Notes: generated by a model from the letters alone, not told the origin. DNA of 64,000 nucleotides from Chloroflexota bacterium (GCA_965208215.1 CBDBOH010000002.1:324211-388210), one strand, 5' to 3'; shown: positions 18,251 through 31,303, counted from the stretch's first letter. A program made the numbers and translations.

Positions 18251-19804
18251 TTAGTGCCGGAAGTGGCGTTCGTCGACGAGGACGAGGATGCCGTTGCGGG
18301 CGTCGACGGCATCGATGACTTCCTGGTCGCGGAGCGAGCCGGCGACGGAGACGATGGCGCGGACGCCGGCGTCGAGGGCGGCTTCGGGTCCGTCGGCGAA
18401 GGGGAAGAAGGCGTCGGAGGCGAGGTAGGCGCCGCGGGCGGCGTCGCCGGCCTGTTCGGCGGCGTGGCGGACGGCGTTTACGCGGTTGACCTGACCGCTG
18501 CCGAGACCGATGAGTCGCTCATCGCTGACCAGGACGATGGCGTTGGACTTGACGTGGCGGATGACCTTGAGGCCGAAGCGGAGTTGGTGGAGGTCGTCCG
18601 TCGTCGGTTGGGCCTTGCTGACCACGCGCATTTCGAGATCCGGTCGGGGCGCGCGGTCGGGGGCCTGGACGAGGTAGCCGCGGTCGTTGCCCCAGACGTG
18701 GGCGGCCTCGAAGTGGAGGGGCGGACGGGTGACTGCGGCGGGCCAGCGCATGATGCGGAGGTCCTTGCGGCGGCGGAGGCGGCGGAGAGCGGCGGGTTCG
18801 TAGTCGGGAGCGACGATGACGTGGTAGAGGTGGCCGCGCATGGCGGCGACGGTCTCGGCGGTGACGGTGCGGTTGAAGCCGAGGATGCCGCCGAAGGCGG
18901 AGATTGGATCGGTTTCGCGGGCGCGGCGGTAGGCCTCGACCTGGGACTCGGGGTGAGTCGCCAAGCAGCAGGGCATGGTGTGCTTGATGATGGAGACGGC
19001 GATGTTGTCAAAGTCGTTGGCGGAAGCCCAGGCGGCCTGCAGGTCGAGGATGTTGATGTAGGAGAGTTCGAGGCCGTGGAGCTGCTCAACGCCGGCAAGC
19101 TCGGTGTCGCCAAGTTCGGCGGCGCCGGCGGCGTAGAAGGCGCCGGGTTGGTGGGGATTCTCGCCGTAGCGGAGGCTCTGGAGCCGGCGGAGGGGGATGG
19201 TGAGGTGCTCCGGAAAGGACTGGCCCAGGTCCTGCTGCAGGTAGGCGGCGATGTGGGCGTCGTAGAAGGCGGTGAGGGCGAAGGCCTTGGCGGCGAGTTC
19301 GCGGCGGAGTGAATCCGCACTCTCGGGGTGGTCCATTGCTTCGAGGACGCGTGGGTAGTCGGCGGGGTCGACGAGGATCCAGACGTCGTCGGCGTTCTTG
19401 GCGGCGGCGCGGATGAGGGCGACGCCGCCGATGTCGATGTTCTCCAGCAGTTCGGCGCGATCGCCGGTGGCGGCGAGGGTGGCGGCAAAGGGGTAGAGGT
19501 TGACGGCGACGAGGTCGATGGCGCCGATGCCGAGGTCTGCCAGTTCTGCGAGGTGTTGATTGGAGGAGCGACGGGCGAGGATGCCGCCGTGGACGGCGGG
19601 GTGGAGGGTCTTGACGCGGCCGTCGAGCATTTCGGGAGCGCCGGTGATGTCCTCCACCTCCAGTACTGGATGCCCAGCAGCGGCGAGAGTGGCGGCGGTG
19701 CCGCCGGAGGCGACGAACTGCCAGCCGCGGGCGGCGAGGCCGGCGGCGAGGTCTTCGAGACCGGTCTTGTCGTAGACGCTGATCAGGGCGCGGGGTGCGG
19801 CCAT
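18251..19804 (-). CDS. purH: Bifunctional AICAR transformylase / IMP cyclohydrolase
   Basis: ALISVYDKTG, GRVKTLHP, NIDIGG, LRYGENPHQ, SDAFFPF, RHFRH. Confidence 0.96.
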   Translation of the reverse strand: MAAPRALISVYDKTGLEDLAAGLAARGWQFVASGGTAATLAAAGHPVLEVEDITGAPEMLDGRVKTLHPAVHGGILARRSSNQHLAELADLGIGAIDLVAVNLYPFAATLAATGDRAELLENIDIGGVALIRAAAKNADDVWILVDPADYPRVLEAMDHPESADSLRRELAAKAFALTAFYDAHIAAYLQQDLGQSFPEHLTIPLRRLQSLRYGENPHQPGAFYAAGAAELGDTELAGVEQLHGLELSYINILDLQAAWASANDFDNIAVSIIKHTMPCCLATHPESQVEAYRRARETDPISAFGGILGFNRTVTAETVAAMRGHLYHVIVAPDYEPAALRRLRRRKDLRIMRWPAAVTRPPLHFEAAHVWGNDRGYLVQAPDRAPRPDLEMRVVSKAQPTTDDLHQLRFGLKVIRHVKSNAIVLVSDERLIGLGSGQVNRVNAVRHAAEQAGDAARGAYLASDAFFPFADGPEAALDAGVRAIVSVAGSLRDQEVIDAVDARNGILVLVDERHFRH

Positions 19805-20430
19805 AGGGCCTGGCTTTCCTCCGAATCGATGTAGACGAGTCCGTTCTCTACGCGCGCCGAGCCGTCGGCGAACCAGCGCAGGGCCAAAGGATATAGCCGA
19901 TGCTCCTGTTCGAGAATCCGATCCGACAGCGTTTCGACGGTGTCGTTGGGCAGAACGGGAACGGCGGCCTGGGCGACGATGGGGCCTGCGTCGAGTTCCT
20001 CGGTTACGACGTGGACGGTACAGCCGCTGATCTTGACGCCGGCGCGGAGGGCGTCGGTCTGCGGGACGGGGGCCATGCCGCCGGCGAAGGCGGGCAGCAG
20101 GGACGGGTGGATGTTGAGGATGCGGTTGGGGTAGGCGGCGACGATGAAGGGGCGGAGGATAGCGTCGAAGCCCGCCAGGGCCACGAAGTCGGCGCCGGAG
20201 CCCTGGAGAATCTCGAGCATACGGTGCTGTTGGGCGGTGCGTGAGGGGAGGGCGCGGCGCGGGACGGCGTGGCCGGGGACGTTGTGGGCTTTGGCGACGT
20301 TCAGAGCGCCGACGTTCTCGTGGTTTGTGATGAGGGCGACGGCGCGAGCTTCCAGTTCGTGGCTGGCGATGGCGTCGAGGATGGCGGCCGCGTTGGAGCC
20401 GCGGCCGGAGGCCATGATGGCCAGATTCAT
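19783..20430 (-). CDS. purN: Phosphoribosylglycinamide formyltransferase
   Basis: SGRGSN, NIHPSLLP, GCTVH, DAGPI, EH.LYP. Confidence 0.95.
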   Translation of the reverse strand: MNLAIMASGRGSNAAAILDAIASHELEARAVALITNHENVGALNVAKAHNVPGHAVPRRALPSRTAQQHRMLEILQGSGADFVALAGFDAILRPFIVAAYPNRILNIHPSLLPAFAGGMAPVPQTDALRAGVKISGCTVHVVTEELDAGPIVAQAAVPVLPNDTVETLSDRILEQEHRLYPLALRWFADGSARVENGLVYIDSEESQALWPHPAP

Positions 20431-21449
20431 GGGGTGGGCGTGAGCTCCACGGGCGACCGGCGGTTGGCGGCGATGGTTCCGACGTGCAGGGCGTGCGGCA
20501 ACTCGTCCAGGAGCCGGGTGGCTGCGTCGGGCGAGGCGACGAGGATTGCGCCGATGCCCATATTGAAGACGCGGAACATCTCAGCGGGTGAGACGTCGAG
20601 GCCATCGGCGACGGCTTCGAAGATCGGCGGTTGGGGCCAGGCGGTGGTGTCGATCAGGGCGGTGACGGAGTCGGGGAGGACGCGTTCGAGGTTTTCGGCG
20701 ATGCCGCCGCCGGTGATGTGGGCGGCGACGCGCGTGCCTGGGACGGCGAAGGCGGCGGCGAAATCGTGGAGGTACGAGAGGTGGGGCGCCAGGAGGGCGT
20801 CTTCCAGGGACTGGTCGCCGATGGGCGTTTCGCGGTCGTAAACGGTGAGCAGTTCGCGGGCCAGGCTGTAGCCGTTGGTGTGGGGGCCGCTGGAGGGGAG
20901 GCCGATGCAGACGTCGCCGACGGAAACGGCGGTGGGGTCCGGCAGGTGGGCGGCCGAGGCCACGCCGATGACCGCGCCGACGGCGTCGTAGCGGCCCGGG
21001 GCGTAGGTGTCGGGCATGAGGGCGGTTTCGCCGCCGACGATGGAGACGCCGGCGTCGCGGCAGGCCGCGGCCATGCCCTGGACCAGCGAGGTCAGGACGG
21101 CCGGATCCAGGCGGTCGGCGGCGACGTAATCGAGAAAGGCGATGGGACGGGCATTTTGGACAGCCACGTCGTTGAGGCAGTGGTTGACGAGGTCGCGGCC
21201 GGCGTCGGCCGGTCGGCCCATTTCGATGGCCAGGTGGAGCTTGGTGCCGACGCCGTCGATGCTGGCGACGATGGCGGGATCGGGGATGTCCTCGGGCAGG
21301 CGGATGACGCCCCCGAAAGCTCCGAAGGCATCGAGGGTCAGGGGCGTTGCGGTGGAGGCGACGGCGGAGCTCAGGCCGGCCTTGGCGCGCTGGGCCAGGT
21401 CGAGGTCGACGCCGGCTTCCGCGTAGCTGGAGATTGGGGTGTCGTGCAC
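20427..21449 (-). CDS. purM: AIR synthase
   Basis: YAEAGVD, DGVGTK, GGETA.MP, SSGPHTNGYS, HITGGG, FNMGIG. Confidence 0.95.
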   Translation of the reverse strand: MHDTPISSYAEAGVDLDLAQRAKAGLSSAVASTATPLTLDAFGAFGGVIRLPEDIPDPAIVASIDGVGTKLHLAIEMGRPADAGRDLVNHCLNDVAVQNARPIAFLDYVAADRLDPAVLTSLVQGMAAACRDAGVSIVGGETALMPDTYAPGRYDAVGAVIGVASAAHLPDPTAVSVGDVCIGLPSSGPHTNGYSLARELLTVYDRETPIGDQSLEDALLAPHLSYLHDFAAAFAVPGTRVAAHITGGGIAENLERVLPDSVTALIDTTAWPQPPIFEAVADGLDVSPAEMFRVFNMGIGAILVASPDAATRLLDELPHALHVGTIAANRRSPVELTPTP

Positions 21450-21462
21450 GCGGGCGGTCGGC

Positions 21463-23022
21463 TCAGCCTGAGGACGGTGTGCCGGACTCGACGCGGTCGA
21501 TGGTGGCCTCGCTCGGGAAGACCATGGCCGTGGCGATGTTCTCGGGACGTTCGAGCAGGAACTTGTCGAAGGTCAGCTGGACGTCCAGCGGGTAGGTGTG
21601 GGTGAAACAGCCGAGACAAAGGCGATCGCTGGAGCGGCCGATGGCCTGGACGAGATTCTCGGTGGACTGGTAGCCGAGGCTGTCGGCGCCGATGTCGCTG
21701 CAGATCTGCTCGACGTCCAGCTTGTGAGCGACGAGGTCGTCAGGGTCGGGGATGTCGATGCCGAGGAAACAGGGCCAGCGAATCGGTGGGGCGGTGATGC
21801 GCACGTGCACCTCGGTCGCGCCGCCCTCTTCGCGCAGCAGCCGGACCAACGAGGCCTGGGTGGTGCCGCGGACGATGGTGTCGTCGACCATGACCACGCG
21901 CTTGCCGGCGGTGATGTCCGGAAGGGCGCTGTACTTGAGGCGGACCCCGAGCTTGCGGAGGCGCGGGGTTGGTTCGATGAAAGTGCGGCCGATGTAGCGG
22001 TTGCGTACGAACCCGTCGCCGTAGGGAAGGCCGGACTCCTCGGCGTAGCCGGTGGCAGCTGCCGTGGCGGAGTCGGGCACGCCGATGACGATGTCGGCGT
22101 CGACCGGATGCTGGCGGGCGAGCAGACGGCCCATGGAACGGCGCGCGGAGTGGACGCTGGCGCCGTCCAGCATGGAGTCGGGGCGCGAAAAGTAGATGTA
22201 CTCGAAGGCGCACATGGCATGGCGCTGGGGCATTTCGAGCTTGATCGACTGCATGCCGTCGTCGTCGATGGCCACGATCTCGCCGGGCTCGATGTCGCGT
22301 TCGAAGGTGGCGCCGATGGTGTCGAGCGCGCAGGTTTCGGAGGCAATGACACGGGTTCCGTTGGCGCGGCCGATGGACAGCGGGCGGTTGCCCATGCCGT
22401 CGCGGACGGCGATCAACTGCGTGGGCGTGGCGATGATGAGGCAGAACGACCCCTGGAGACGCGGTGCGATCTGGCGCACGCGATCGACCATGGTTGCGCC
22501 GGGGGCGGTGGCAATGAGGTCGGCAATGACGGCGGAGTCCGTGGTGGACGAGTCAGGGAAGGCGTCCAGGGCGGCGTTGTTGCGCAGGTCGAGCGCGTTG
22601 ACGATGTTGCCGTTGTGACCGAGGGCCATCGGGCCGATGTCGGTGTTGCGCAGGATGGGCTGGATGTTGGAGGCGTTGCTGGAGCCGGCGGTGGAGTAGC
22701 GGCAGTGGCCGATGGCCAAGTGTCCCTTGAGCCGAGCCAGGCGGTGGTCGGAGAAGACGCGTGAGACGAGGCCCATGCGGCGTTCGGCGTGGAGGCGCTG
22801 GCCGTCGCCGACAGCGATGCCGGCGCTTTCCTGGCCGCGATGCTGCACGGCGAAGAGGGCGAAGTAGGTTTGGACCGCGGCGTCGTCGGTAGCACCGTGG
22901 ACGCCGATAACCCCGCAGGCTTCGCGCAGATTCGGCGAGCCGTCGGGGGCGGCTGGTTCGTAAGACGGACCCAGGCTCAGCGCCAGAGCAGGTTGTTCCG
23001 CTAGGTGCTCCCCGTGGGGCAT
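21463..23022 (-). CDS. purF: Amidophosphoribosyltransferase
   Basis: EACG after a propeptide, QHRGQESAG, GHCRYST, FEYIYFSRPD, VDDTIVRGTT. Confidence 0.95.
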   Translation of the reverse strand: MPHGEHLAEQPALALSLGPSYEPAAPDGSPNLREACGVIGVHGATDDAAVQTYFALFAVQHRGQESAGIAVGDGQRLHAERRMGLVSRVFSDHRLARLKGHLAIGHCRYSTAGSSNASNIQPILRNTDIGPMALGHNGNIVNALDLRNNAALDAFPDSSTTDSAVIADLIATAPGATMVDRVRQIAPRLQGSFCLIIATPTQLIAVRDGMGNRPLSIGRANGTRVIASETCALDTIGATFERDIEPGEIVAIDDDGMQSIKLEMPQRHAMCAFEYIYFSRPDSMLDGASVHSARRSMGRLLARQHPVDADIVIGVPDSATAAATGYAEESGLPYGDGFVRNRYIGRTFIEPTPRLRKLGVRLKYSALPDITAGKRVVMVDDTIVRGTTQASLVRLLREEGGATEVHVRITAPPIRWPCFLGIDIPDPDDLVAHKLDVEQICSDIGADSLGYQSTENLVQAIGRSSDRLCLGCFTHTYPLDVQLTFDKFLLERPENIATAMVFPSEATIDRVESGTPSSG

Positions 23023-23023
23023 C

Positions 23024-25249
23024 TTAGCCCGGCGGGGCATGACCGGCCAGCGCGAGCTCAAGGGCGTGGGACCAGACGTGTTCGGCCTCATCCAGCGAGA
23101 CGTCGATTGGGCCGATAAGGAGACGGTCGCCGCCGACGGTTCCGATTGGGGTGATGGGCACTGAGAGGGTGGCGGCGGCGGCGGCAACGGCGGCTCCGGC
23201 CAGGGGCGGATAGCTGACGACGATGCGGGATTGGGACTCGCCGAAGAGGGTCTCGTCGAGGCGTCCGGAGATGGGGAGGTCGGAGGCCCGGACGCCGCGG
23301 CCGCCGGCGAAAGCGGATTCGGCCAAGGCCACGGCGAGGCCGCCGTCGGAGCAGTCGTGGGCGGAGGAAAGGAGGCGGCCGGCGATCAGTTCGCGGACGA
23401 GGCGTTGGACCGCGACTTCGTCGACCAGATTGATCTCCGGTTGGCCGGCGATGAGGTCGTGGGCAATGGACAGGTATTCGCTGCCGTCAAGCCGGGGACG
23501 GCCCGCGCCGAGGAGGGCGATTTCGTCGCCGTCGCTGGCGAAGCCCATGCCGCAGCGCCACTCGGCTTCGTCCAAGACGCCCAGCATTCCAACGACCGGA
23601 GTTGGCCAAATGGCCTCGCCGCCGGACTCGTTGTAGAGGCTGACGTTTCCGCTTATGACCGGGGTTTCAAGGGCCCGGGCGGCGGCGGCCATTCCGTCAA
23701 TGGCCCGGGACAGCTGGTAGTAGGCGGCGGGCTGCTCGGGGGAGCCGAAGTTGAGACAGTTGGTGAAGGCGAGGGGCCGAGCGCCGGTGCAAGAGACGTT
23801 GCGGGCGGACTCGGCGATGGCGGCAGCGCCGCCGACGAAGGGGTCGAGGAAGGTGGTACGGCCGTTGCCGTCGGTGGAGAGCGCCACGGCCGAAGGGGTG
23901 CCCTTGATGCGCAGGAGGGCGGCGTCGCCGCCGGGCGCGATGACGGTGTTGGCGCCGACCATGTGGTCGTACTGGCGGTAGATGGGGCGGCGGCTGGCGA
24001 TGTTGGGGGAGGCGAGGAGTTGGAGGAAGGCGGAGGTCGGGTCTTCGGGTTCGGGAAGGTCTTGCACGTCGAGCGAGCAGGTCTCGTCGAGATAGGCGGG
24101 GCGCTCGACGGGGTAGGTGTAGGTGGGCGCGTCGGTGAGCATGGGGATGGGCAGGGTTGCGGCGGCGTGGCCGTTGTCCCTGACCTCCAGGAGACCGGTT
24201 TCGGTGACCTCGCCGATGACGTCGCTGTGGAGGCCCCACTTGGAGAAGACCTGCTGGACTTCGTGGGCGCGGCCGCGGGCGGCGACGACGAGCATGCGCT
24301 CCTGGCTCTCACTTAACATAACTTCGTAGGGCGTCATGCCCGAAGCGCGGCGCGCGACGTGTTCCAGGTGGAGCACCACGCCGGTGCCGCCACGACCGGC
24401 GGATTCGACCGACGAGCTGGTGAGCCCGGTCGCGCCGAGGTCCTGGAGTCCCACGACGGCGTCGGTGCTGGTGAGGACTTCGAGGCAGGCCTCCAGCAGC
24501 AGCTTCTCCATGAACGGGTTGCCGACCTGGACCACGCCGCGGTGGGAGGCCTCGGGGTCGTCTACGGAGGCGAAGGTTGCGCCGTGGATGCCGTCGCGGC
24601 CCGTATCGGCGCCGACCAGGATGAGCTCGTTGCCGGCGCCGCTGGCGGCGGCGCTGGTGAGCTGCGAATGCTCGATCAAGCCCACACACATGGCGTTGAC
24701 GAGCGGATTGCCGCGGTAGGACGCGGACACCTGGACTTCACCGCCGACGGTGGGGACGCCCATGCAGTTCCCGTACCAGCCGATGCCGCCGACGATGCCG
24801 TTGGCCAGGAAACGCCCGCGGCGGTCGTCCAGCGGACCGAAGCGCAGGCTGTCCAGCAGGGCGATAGGGCGCGCGCCCATGGTGAAGATGTCGCGCAGGA
24901 TGCCGCCGACGCCGGTGGCGGCGCCCTGAAAGGGCTCCACGGCGCTGGGGTGGTTGTGGCTTTCGACCTTCATGACGATGGCGAGGCCGTGTCCGATATC
25001 GACGGCGCCGGCGTTTTCCTCGCCGGGGCCAATGAGGACCTGGGGGCCCTCGCTGGGCAGACGAGACAGGAGCGGGCGGGAGTGCTTGTAGCCGCAGTGC
25101 TCGCTCCACATACCGCCGATGATTCCGAGCTCGACGGGGTTGGGCGGGCGATCGAGAAGGTCGGCGGCGAAGTGGTATTCGTCGCGGGTGAGGGCGACTT
25201 CGCGGAGGACTTCGTCGCTGGGCGGTTCGTGGGTTGGGGTGAGCGTCAT
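23024..25249 (-). CDS. purL: FGAM synthase subunit PurL
   Basis: [39 protein letters not shown]. Confidence 0.96.
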   Translation of the reverse strand: MTLTPTHEPPSDEVLREVALTRDEYHFAADLLDRPPNPVELGIIGGMWSEHCGYKHSRPLLSRLPSEGPQVLIGPGEENAGAVDIGHGLAIVMKVESHNHPSAVEPFQGAATGVGGILRDIFTMGARPIALLDSLRFGPLDDRRGRFLANGIVGGIGWYGNCMGVPTVGGEVQVSASYRGNPLVNAMCVGLIEHSQLTSAAASGAGNELILVGADTGRDGIHGATFASVDDPEASHRGVVQVGNPFMEKLLLEACLEVLTSTDAVVGLQDLGATGLTSSSVESAGRGGTGVVLHLEHVARRASGMTPYEVMLSESQERMLVVAARGRAHEVQQVFSKWGLHSDVIGEVTETGLLEVRDNGHAAATLPIPMLTDAPTYTYPVERPAYLDETCSLDVQDLPEPEDPTSAFLQLLASPNIASRRPIYRQYDHMVGANTVIAPGGDAALLRIKGTPSAVALSTDGNGRTTFLDPFVGGAAAIAESARNVSCTGARPLAFTNCLNFGSPEQPAAYYQLSRAIDGMAAAARALETPVISGNVSLYNESGGEAIWPTPVVGMLGVLDEAEWRCGMGFASDGDEIALLGAGRPRLDGSEYLSIAHDLIAGQPEINLVDEVAVQRLVRELIAGRLLSSAHDCSDGGLAVALAESAFAGGRGVRASDLPISGRLDETLFGESQSRIVVSYPPLAGAAVAAAAATLSVPITPIGTVGGDRLLIGPIDVSLDEAEHVWSHALELALAGHAPPG

Positions 25250-25938
25250 GCGCCCGCCGCTGCGAGTAGCGAGTCCCAGATGGCGCGTCCGTCCTCGCCG
25301 CCCAGTGCCGCCTCGGAGGCGCGTTCGGGGTGGGGCATCATGCCGACGACGTTGCGCCCGGCGTTGCAGATGCCCGCGATGTCGTCGATGGCGCCGTTGG
25401 GATTGGCGTCGGCAGAACGCTTGCCGTCCGGGGAGACGTAGCGGAAGACGACGCGATCCTCTTCGTGCAATTGGGCGAGGCCGTCGGAATCGACGACGTA
25501 GTTGCCCTCGGCGTGGGCGATCGGAAGTCGGAGCACCTGGCCGTTGCCGGCCGCGGACGTGCATGGGGTGTGGGTTGATTCCACGCGGAGGTGGGTCCAC
25601 TCGCAGCGGAACTGGGTGCTGTCGTTGAGCAGCATGGCGCCGGGGAGCAGGCCGGCTTCCAGCAGGATCTGGAACCCGTTGCAGATGCCGAGGACCGGAC
25701 GGCCGCGGGCGGCGTGGTCGCGCACGGCGGTCATGATGGCGGCGCGGGCGGCCATGGCGCCGGTACGTAGGTAGTCGCCGTGGCTGAAGCCGCCGGGGAG
25801 CACGATCAAGTCAACATCGTCGAGACTTCCGTCGGCGTGCCAGGCGTAGCGGGCGTTCATGCCGGCCACGTTGCTGAGGACGTGCAGGGTATCGGCGTCG
25901 CAATTGCTGCCGGGGAAGACGACGACGGCGGCGTTCAC
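25246..25938 (-). CDS. purQ: FGAM synthase glutaminase subunit
   Basis: [29 protein letters not shown]. Confidence 0.96.
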   Translation of the reverse strand: MNAAVVVFPGSNCDADTLHVLSNVAGMNARYAWHADGSLDDVDLIVLPGGFSHGDYLRTGAMAARAAIMTAVRDHAARGRPVLGICNGFQILLEAGLLPGAMLLNDSTQFRCEWTHLRVESTHTPCTSAAGNGQVLRLPIAHAEGNYVVDSDGLAQLHEEDRVVFRYVSPDGKRSADANPNGAIDDIAGICNAGRNVVGMMPHPERASEAALGGEDGRAIWDSLLAAAGA

Positions 25939-26246
25939 GCTCCCGTTCGCCCTTCGACAGGCTCAGGGTGAACGGGAGAGCTTGCGATGGGCTCGAGGGC
26001 CTCGATCGCGAACGACTCGATGACCGGGTTGACCAGGAGTTGGCGGCACATGGCTTCGGCGCGCTGGGCGGCGGCCGATTCGCTCTCGGCGGACAGCTCG
26101 ATGTTGATGAGCTTGCCGATGCGGACGTCGGCGACCTCGGTGAAGCCCAGATCGTGGAGGCTGCCGCGGACGGTCAGTCCCTGCGGATCGTTAACGCCGG
26201 CGTTGAGCTGGACCGTCACCCGCGCACGGAAGACCTGGGCCGTCAT
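25935..26246 (-). CDS. purS: FGAM synthase subunit PurS, with a repeat-derived C-terminal tail
   Basis: [17 protein letters not shown]; tail [13 protein letters not shown]. Confidence 0.92.
   Translation of the reverse strand: MTAQVFRARVTVQLNAGVNDPQGLTVRGSLHDLGFTEVADVRIGKLINIELSAESESAAAQRAEAMCRQLLVNPVIESFAIEALEPIASSPVHPEPVEGRTGA
25940..25978. repeat. CCTTCGACAGGCTCAGG-type palindromic repeat inside the purS 3' end
   Basis: CTCCCGTTCGCCCT-TCGACAGGCTC-AGGGTGAACGGGAG hairpin. Confidence 0.75.
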
Positions 26247-27118
26247 CCAGCGAGTAACGCCTGGGCTTCGCGGTAGCGGGCGGCGGTGCGCTCGATGATC
26301 TCAGCCGGGAGGCTGGGGATCGGCGGTTCGCGATCCCAGCCGGTGGCGATCAGGTGGTTGCGCACGATCTGCTTGTCAAAGCTGGGCGGCGACATGCCGA
26401 CCTGGTACTCGCGGACATCCCAGAAGCGCGAGGAGTCGGGGGTCAAGATCTCGTCGATCAGGGTGATTTCGCCGTTGACGTAGCCGAACTCGAACTTGGT
26501 GTCGGCCAGAATGATGCCGCGCTCCTTCGCGTAGTCGCGGCCGAACTCGTAGACGGCGATGGTGAGGTCGCGCAGCCGGTCGGCGACGTCGCCGACGATG
26601 GCGCGGAATTCCTCGAAGCCGATGTTTTCGTCGTGGCCGCTCTCGGCCTTGGTGGCGGGGGTGAAGAGGGTCTCGTTGAAGGCTTCGGCTTCCTGCATGC
26701 CGGCAGGAATGGGGATGCCGCAGATCTCGCCATCGCGCTGATAGTCGACCCAGCCGGAGCCGGTGATGTAGCCGCGGGCCACGCACTCGGCGTCGATGCG
26801 GTCGGCCTTGTGGACGAGCATGGTGCGTCCGCGGATGGCGTCGCGGTGGGGGGCGACTTGGGGGCCCATCTCGTCAACGTCCGTGGTGATGAGGTGGTTG
26901 GGCACGATGTGCGAGGTCAACCCAAACCAGTGCTCCGACATACCCGTGAGGACAGCCCCCTTTCCCGGGATCGGGTCCGGGAGGACGTGGTCGAAGGCCG
27001 AGATGCGATCGGTGGTGACGATCAGCAGCCGGTCGTCCAGGTCGTAAATGTCGCGGACTTTGCCGCGGTTCAGCAGGGTGAGCCCTGACAGCGTGGTTTC
27101 GGTGATGGTTCCGGTCAC
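26243..27118 (-). CDS. purC: SAICAR synthase
   Basis: GKVRDIY, DRISAFD, ECVARGY, ADTKFEFG, DEILTPDSSR, DKQ. Confidence 0.96.
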   Translation of the reverse strand: MTGTITETTLSGLTLLNRGKVRDIYDLDDRLLIVTTDRISAFDHVLPDPIPGKGAVLTGMSEHWFGLTSHIVPNHLITTDVDEMGPQVAPHRDAIRGRTMLVHKADRIDAECVARGYITGSGWVDYQRDGEICGIPIPAGMQEAEAFNETLFTPATKAESGHDENIGFEEFRAIVGDVADRLRDLTIAVYEFGRDYAKERGIILADTKFEFGYVNGEITLIDEILTPDSSRFWDVREYQVGMSPPSFDKQIVRNHLIATGWDREPPIPSLPAEIIERTAARYREAQALLAG

Positions 27119-28455
27119 TACGAGGTGGCCTCCTGTGCTGACTCCGGCATCGGTACCGGCGTGGACGCCAAGCCCATTCGTTCGTAAGCCGTGTCGATCC
27201 AGCGCAGATGGGGCGCGGGGCTGAATGCGGCGTCAAGTTCTTCCGTGCTGAGCAGGGCCGCGACGCGTGGGTCAGCGCGCACGGCGTCCTGGAAGCTGGC
27301 GCCGCCATCCCAGGCGGCGGAGGCGTGTTCCTGCATAACGTCGTAGGCATTCTGCCGCGACATTCCGGCGTGGATCATGGCGAGCATCACGCCCTGGGAG
27401 TAAATCAACCCGCTGGTGAGGTCCACGTTGGCCGCCATGCGATCGGCGTAGACCCGCATGTCGCGGGCGATTGGGATGAAGATATAGAGCATGTAATCGA
27501 GGGCGAGGCAGGCGTCGGGAAGGATGATGCGCTCGGCCGAGGAATGGCTGATGTCGCGCTCGTGCCAGAGCGTGACATTTTCGAGCGCGACCTGGGCGTG
27601 GGAACGCAGGAGGCGGGCGAGACCGGAAACGCGCTCCAGGCGCGAGGGATTGCGCTTGTGGGGCATGGAGGAGGAGCCGTGGCGACCAGTCTCGAACGGC
27701 TCTTCGGCTTCGCGAATCTCGGTTCGCTGGAGCGAACGGAGCTCGGTGGCGAACTTGTCGAGGGAGCTGGCGATGAGGGCCAGGGTGCAGACGAAGTGGG
27801 CGTGGCGGTCACGCTGGACTATCTGATTGGAGACGGGCGCGACGGCGAGGCCGAGTTCCTCGCAGGTCCAGTCCTCGACGTACGGCGGGACGTTGGCATG
27901 GGTGCCGACGGATCCCGAAATCTTGCCGACGGCGATGTGCTCGCGCGCCTCGGCCAGGCGCCAGCGATGGCGCCGGACCTCGCCGAGCCAGATGAGGAGC
28001 TTGAGGCCGAAGGTGATCGGCTCAGCGTGGACGCCGTGGCTGCGGCCGATCATGAGGGTGTGCTTGTGGGTGAGCGCCTGGTCGGTGAGAACCTGTTCAA
28101 GGGTGGCGAGTCGCTGGTCCAGTAGGTCCGTGGCGTCGACGAGTTGAAGGGCGAGACCGGTGTCCAGCACGTCGCTGGAGGTGAGGCCGAGGTGCAGCCA
28201 GCGGGATTCGGGGCCGACGGACTCGGCGAGGGCGTCGACGAAGGCGTTGGTTTCGTGGTCGTTTACCTTCTCGAGTTCGTCGATGCGTTCGAGTGTGAAC
28301 GAGGCCTTCATGAGCAGCTGAGCGTCTTCGGCCGGAATGCGGCCGGCGCGGGCCCAGGCGTTGACGGCCGCGAGTTCAACGTCTCTTTGCTTTTCGAAGT
28401 AGATCTGCCGGTCCCAGACAGCAGCCATCTCGGGTCGGGAGTAGCGGGGAATCAT
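27118..28455 (-). CDS. purB: Adenylosuccinate lyase
   Basis: MIPRY, HLGLTSSD, GRSHGVHAEP, GSSSMPHKRNP, HERDISHS. Confidence 0.96.
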   Translation of the reverse strand: MIPRYSRPEMAAVWDRQIYFEKQRDVELAAVNAWARAGRIPAEDAQLLMKASFTLERIDELEKVNDHETNAFVDALAESVGPESRWLHLGLTSSDVLDTGLALQLVDATDLLDQRLATLEQVLTDQALTHKHTLMIGRSHGVHAEPITFGLKLLIWLGEVRRHRWRLAEAREHIAVGKISGSVGTHANVPPYVEDWTCEELGLAVAPVSNQIVQRDRHAHFVCTLALIASSLDKFATELRSLQRTEIREAEEPFETGRHGSSSMPHKRNPSRLERVSGLARLLRSHAQVALENVTLWHERDISHSSAERIILPDACLALDYMLYIFIPIARDMRVYADRMAANVDLTSGLIYSQGVMLAMIHAGMSRQNAYDVMQEHASAAWDGGASFQDAVRADPRVAALLSTEELDAAFSPAPHLRWIDTAYERMGLASTPVPMPESAQEATS

Positions 28456-29743
28456 GAGGGCACCGCCGATTGCGCTTGGCCGACCGGTACCGATTCAGTG
28501 GCGGCGATGTCGGATCGCCACTGGGAGTCCTGGAAAGTCACTTGATCCACCGCCACATACGCATTTGCCCTCGCTGCCGGAACGTCCGGCCCTGTGCCAA
28601 CGATTCCAAGTACTCGTCCGCCCGCGGTGTAGAGGCCGTCGTCGCGCGACTCTGTACCCGCATGAAATGCGAGCGCACCGGGCGGCAGCGCGTCGAGGCC
28701 GTCGATGAGGTATCCAGTGGTATATGAGACCGGATAGCCGCCCGAAGCGAGTACCACGCAGACGGCGGCGGTGCCATCGGGCTCAAGGTCCACGGTCGCG
28801 ACATCGCCGTCAATCGCCGCGAGCATGGCGTCGACCAGATCGCCGCGCATGGTGGGCAGGATGACCTGGGCTTCCGGGTCGCCGAAGCGGATGTTGAATT
28901 CGATGACGACGGGGCCGTCTTGGGTGAGCATGAGGCCGGCGTAGAGGACGCCGGTGAACGGCCGGCCGGCGTTGGCGGCGGCTTGCAAGGTCGGACCGAT
29001 GATGCGATCTGCAACCTCCTGGAGGAGATCCGCATCCGCGTCGGCGACCGGCGAATAGGCGCCGACGCCGCCGGTGTTGAGTCCCTCGTCGCCGTCGTAG
29101 GCACGCTTGTAGTCGCGGGCGGAGCCAATGATTCGGAAACTGCTTCCGGCGCAAATGGCAAAGACGGAGAGTTCAGGGCCGTAGCAGCGTTCCTGAATGA
29201 CCACGGAGGCGCCGGCGTCGCCGAACTCGCGCTCGACCATGATGGCGTCAATGGCGGCGTGGGCTTCGTCGGGTGTGTCGCAGACGAGGACGCCCTTGCC
29301 GAGGGCGAGACCGTCGGCCTTGACGACGAGCGGATCGACGGCGTCGTCGACGTAGTCGTGGGCGTCCGACGGCGTGTCGAAGATGGCGGAGTCCGGGATG
29401 GGCACGCCGGCCCGGTCCAGGAGCTCAGTGGTCCAGGCCTTGCTGGATTCGAGGCGAGTAGCGGCGGCCGAGGGGCCGAAGGCGCGGATGCCGGCCTCGG
29501 ACAGGCGGTCGACGAGGCCGAGGGCGCAAGGGTCTTCGGGTCCGACGATGACGAGGTCGGGGCGGTTGGCCACGGACCAGGCAGCGAGGCCGCCGATATC
29601 GTCGGCAGCGAGGGGAATTGTCGTGGCGATTTCGGCTATCGCGGAGTTGCCGGGGGCGCAGTAAAGCTCGGAATCCGGGCGGTCGGCGCGGACGCGCCAG
29701 CAGAGGGCGTGCTCGCGGCCGCCGCTGCCGACGACGAGGATTC

Positions 29744-29747
<4 letters not shown>
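28452..29747 (-). CDS. purD: Phosphoribosylamine-glycine ligase
   Basis: GSGGREHA, GPE, KADGLA.GKGV, NTGG.G, EFN.RFGDPE, GGRVL. Confidence 0.96.
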
Positions 29748-31303
<1,556 letters not shown>

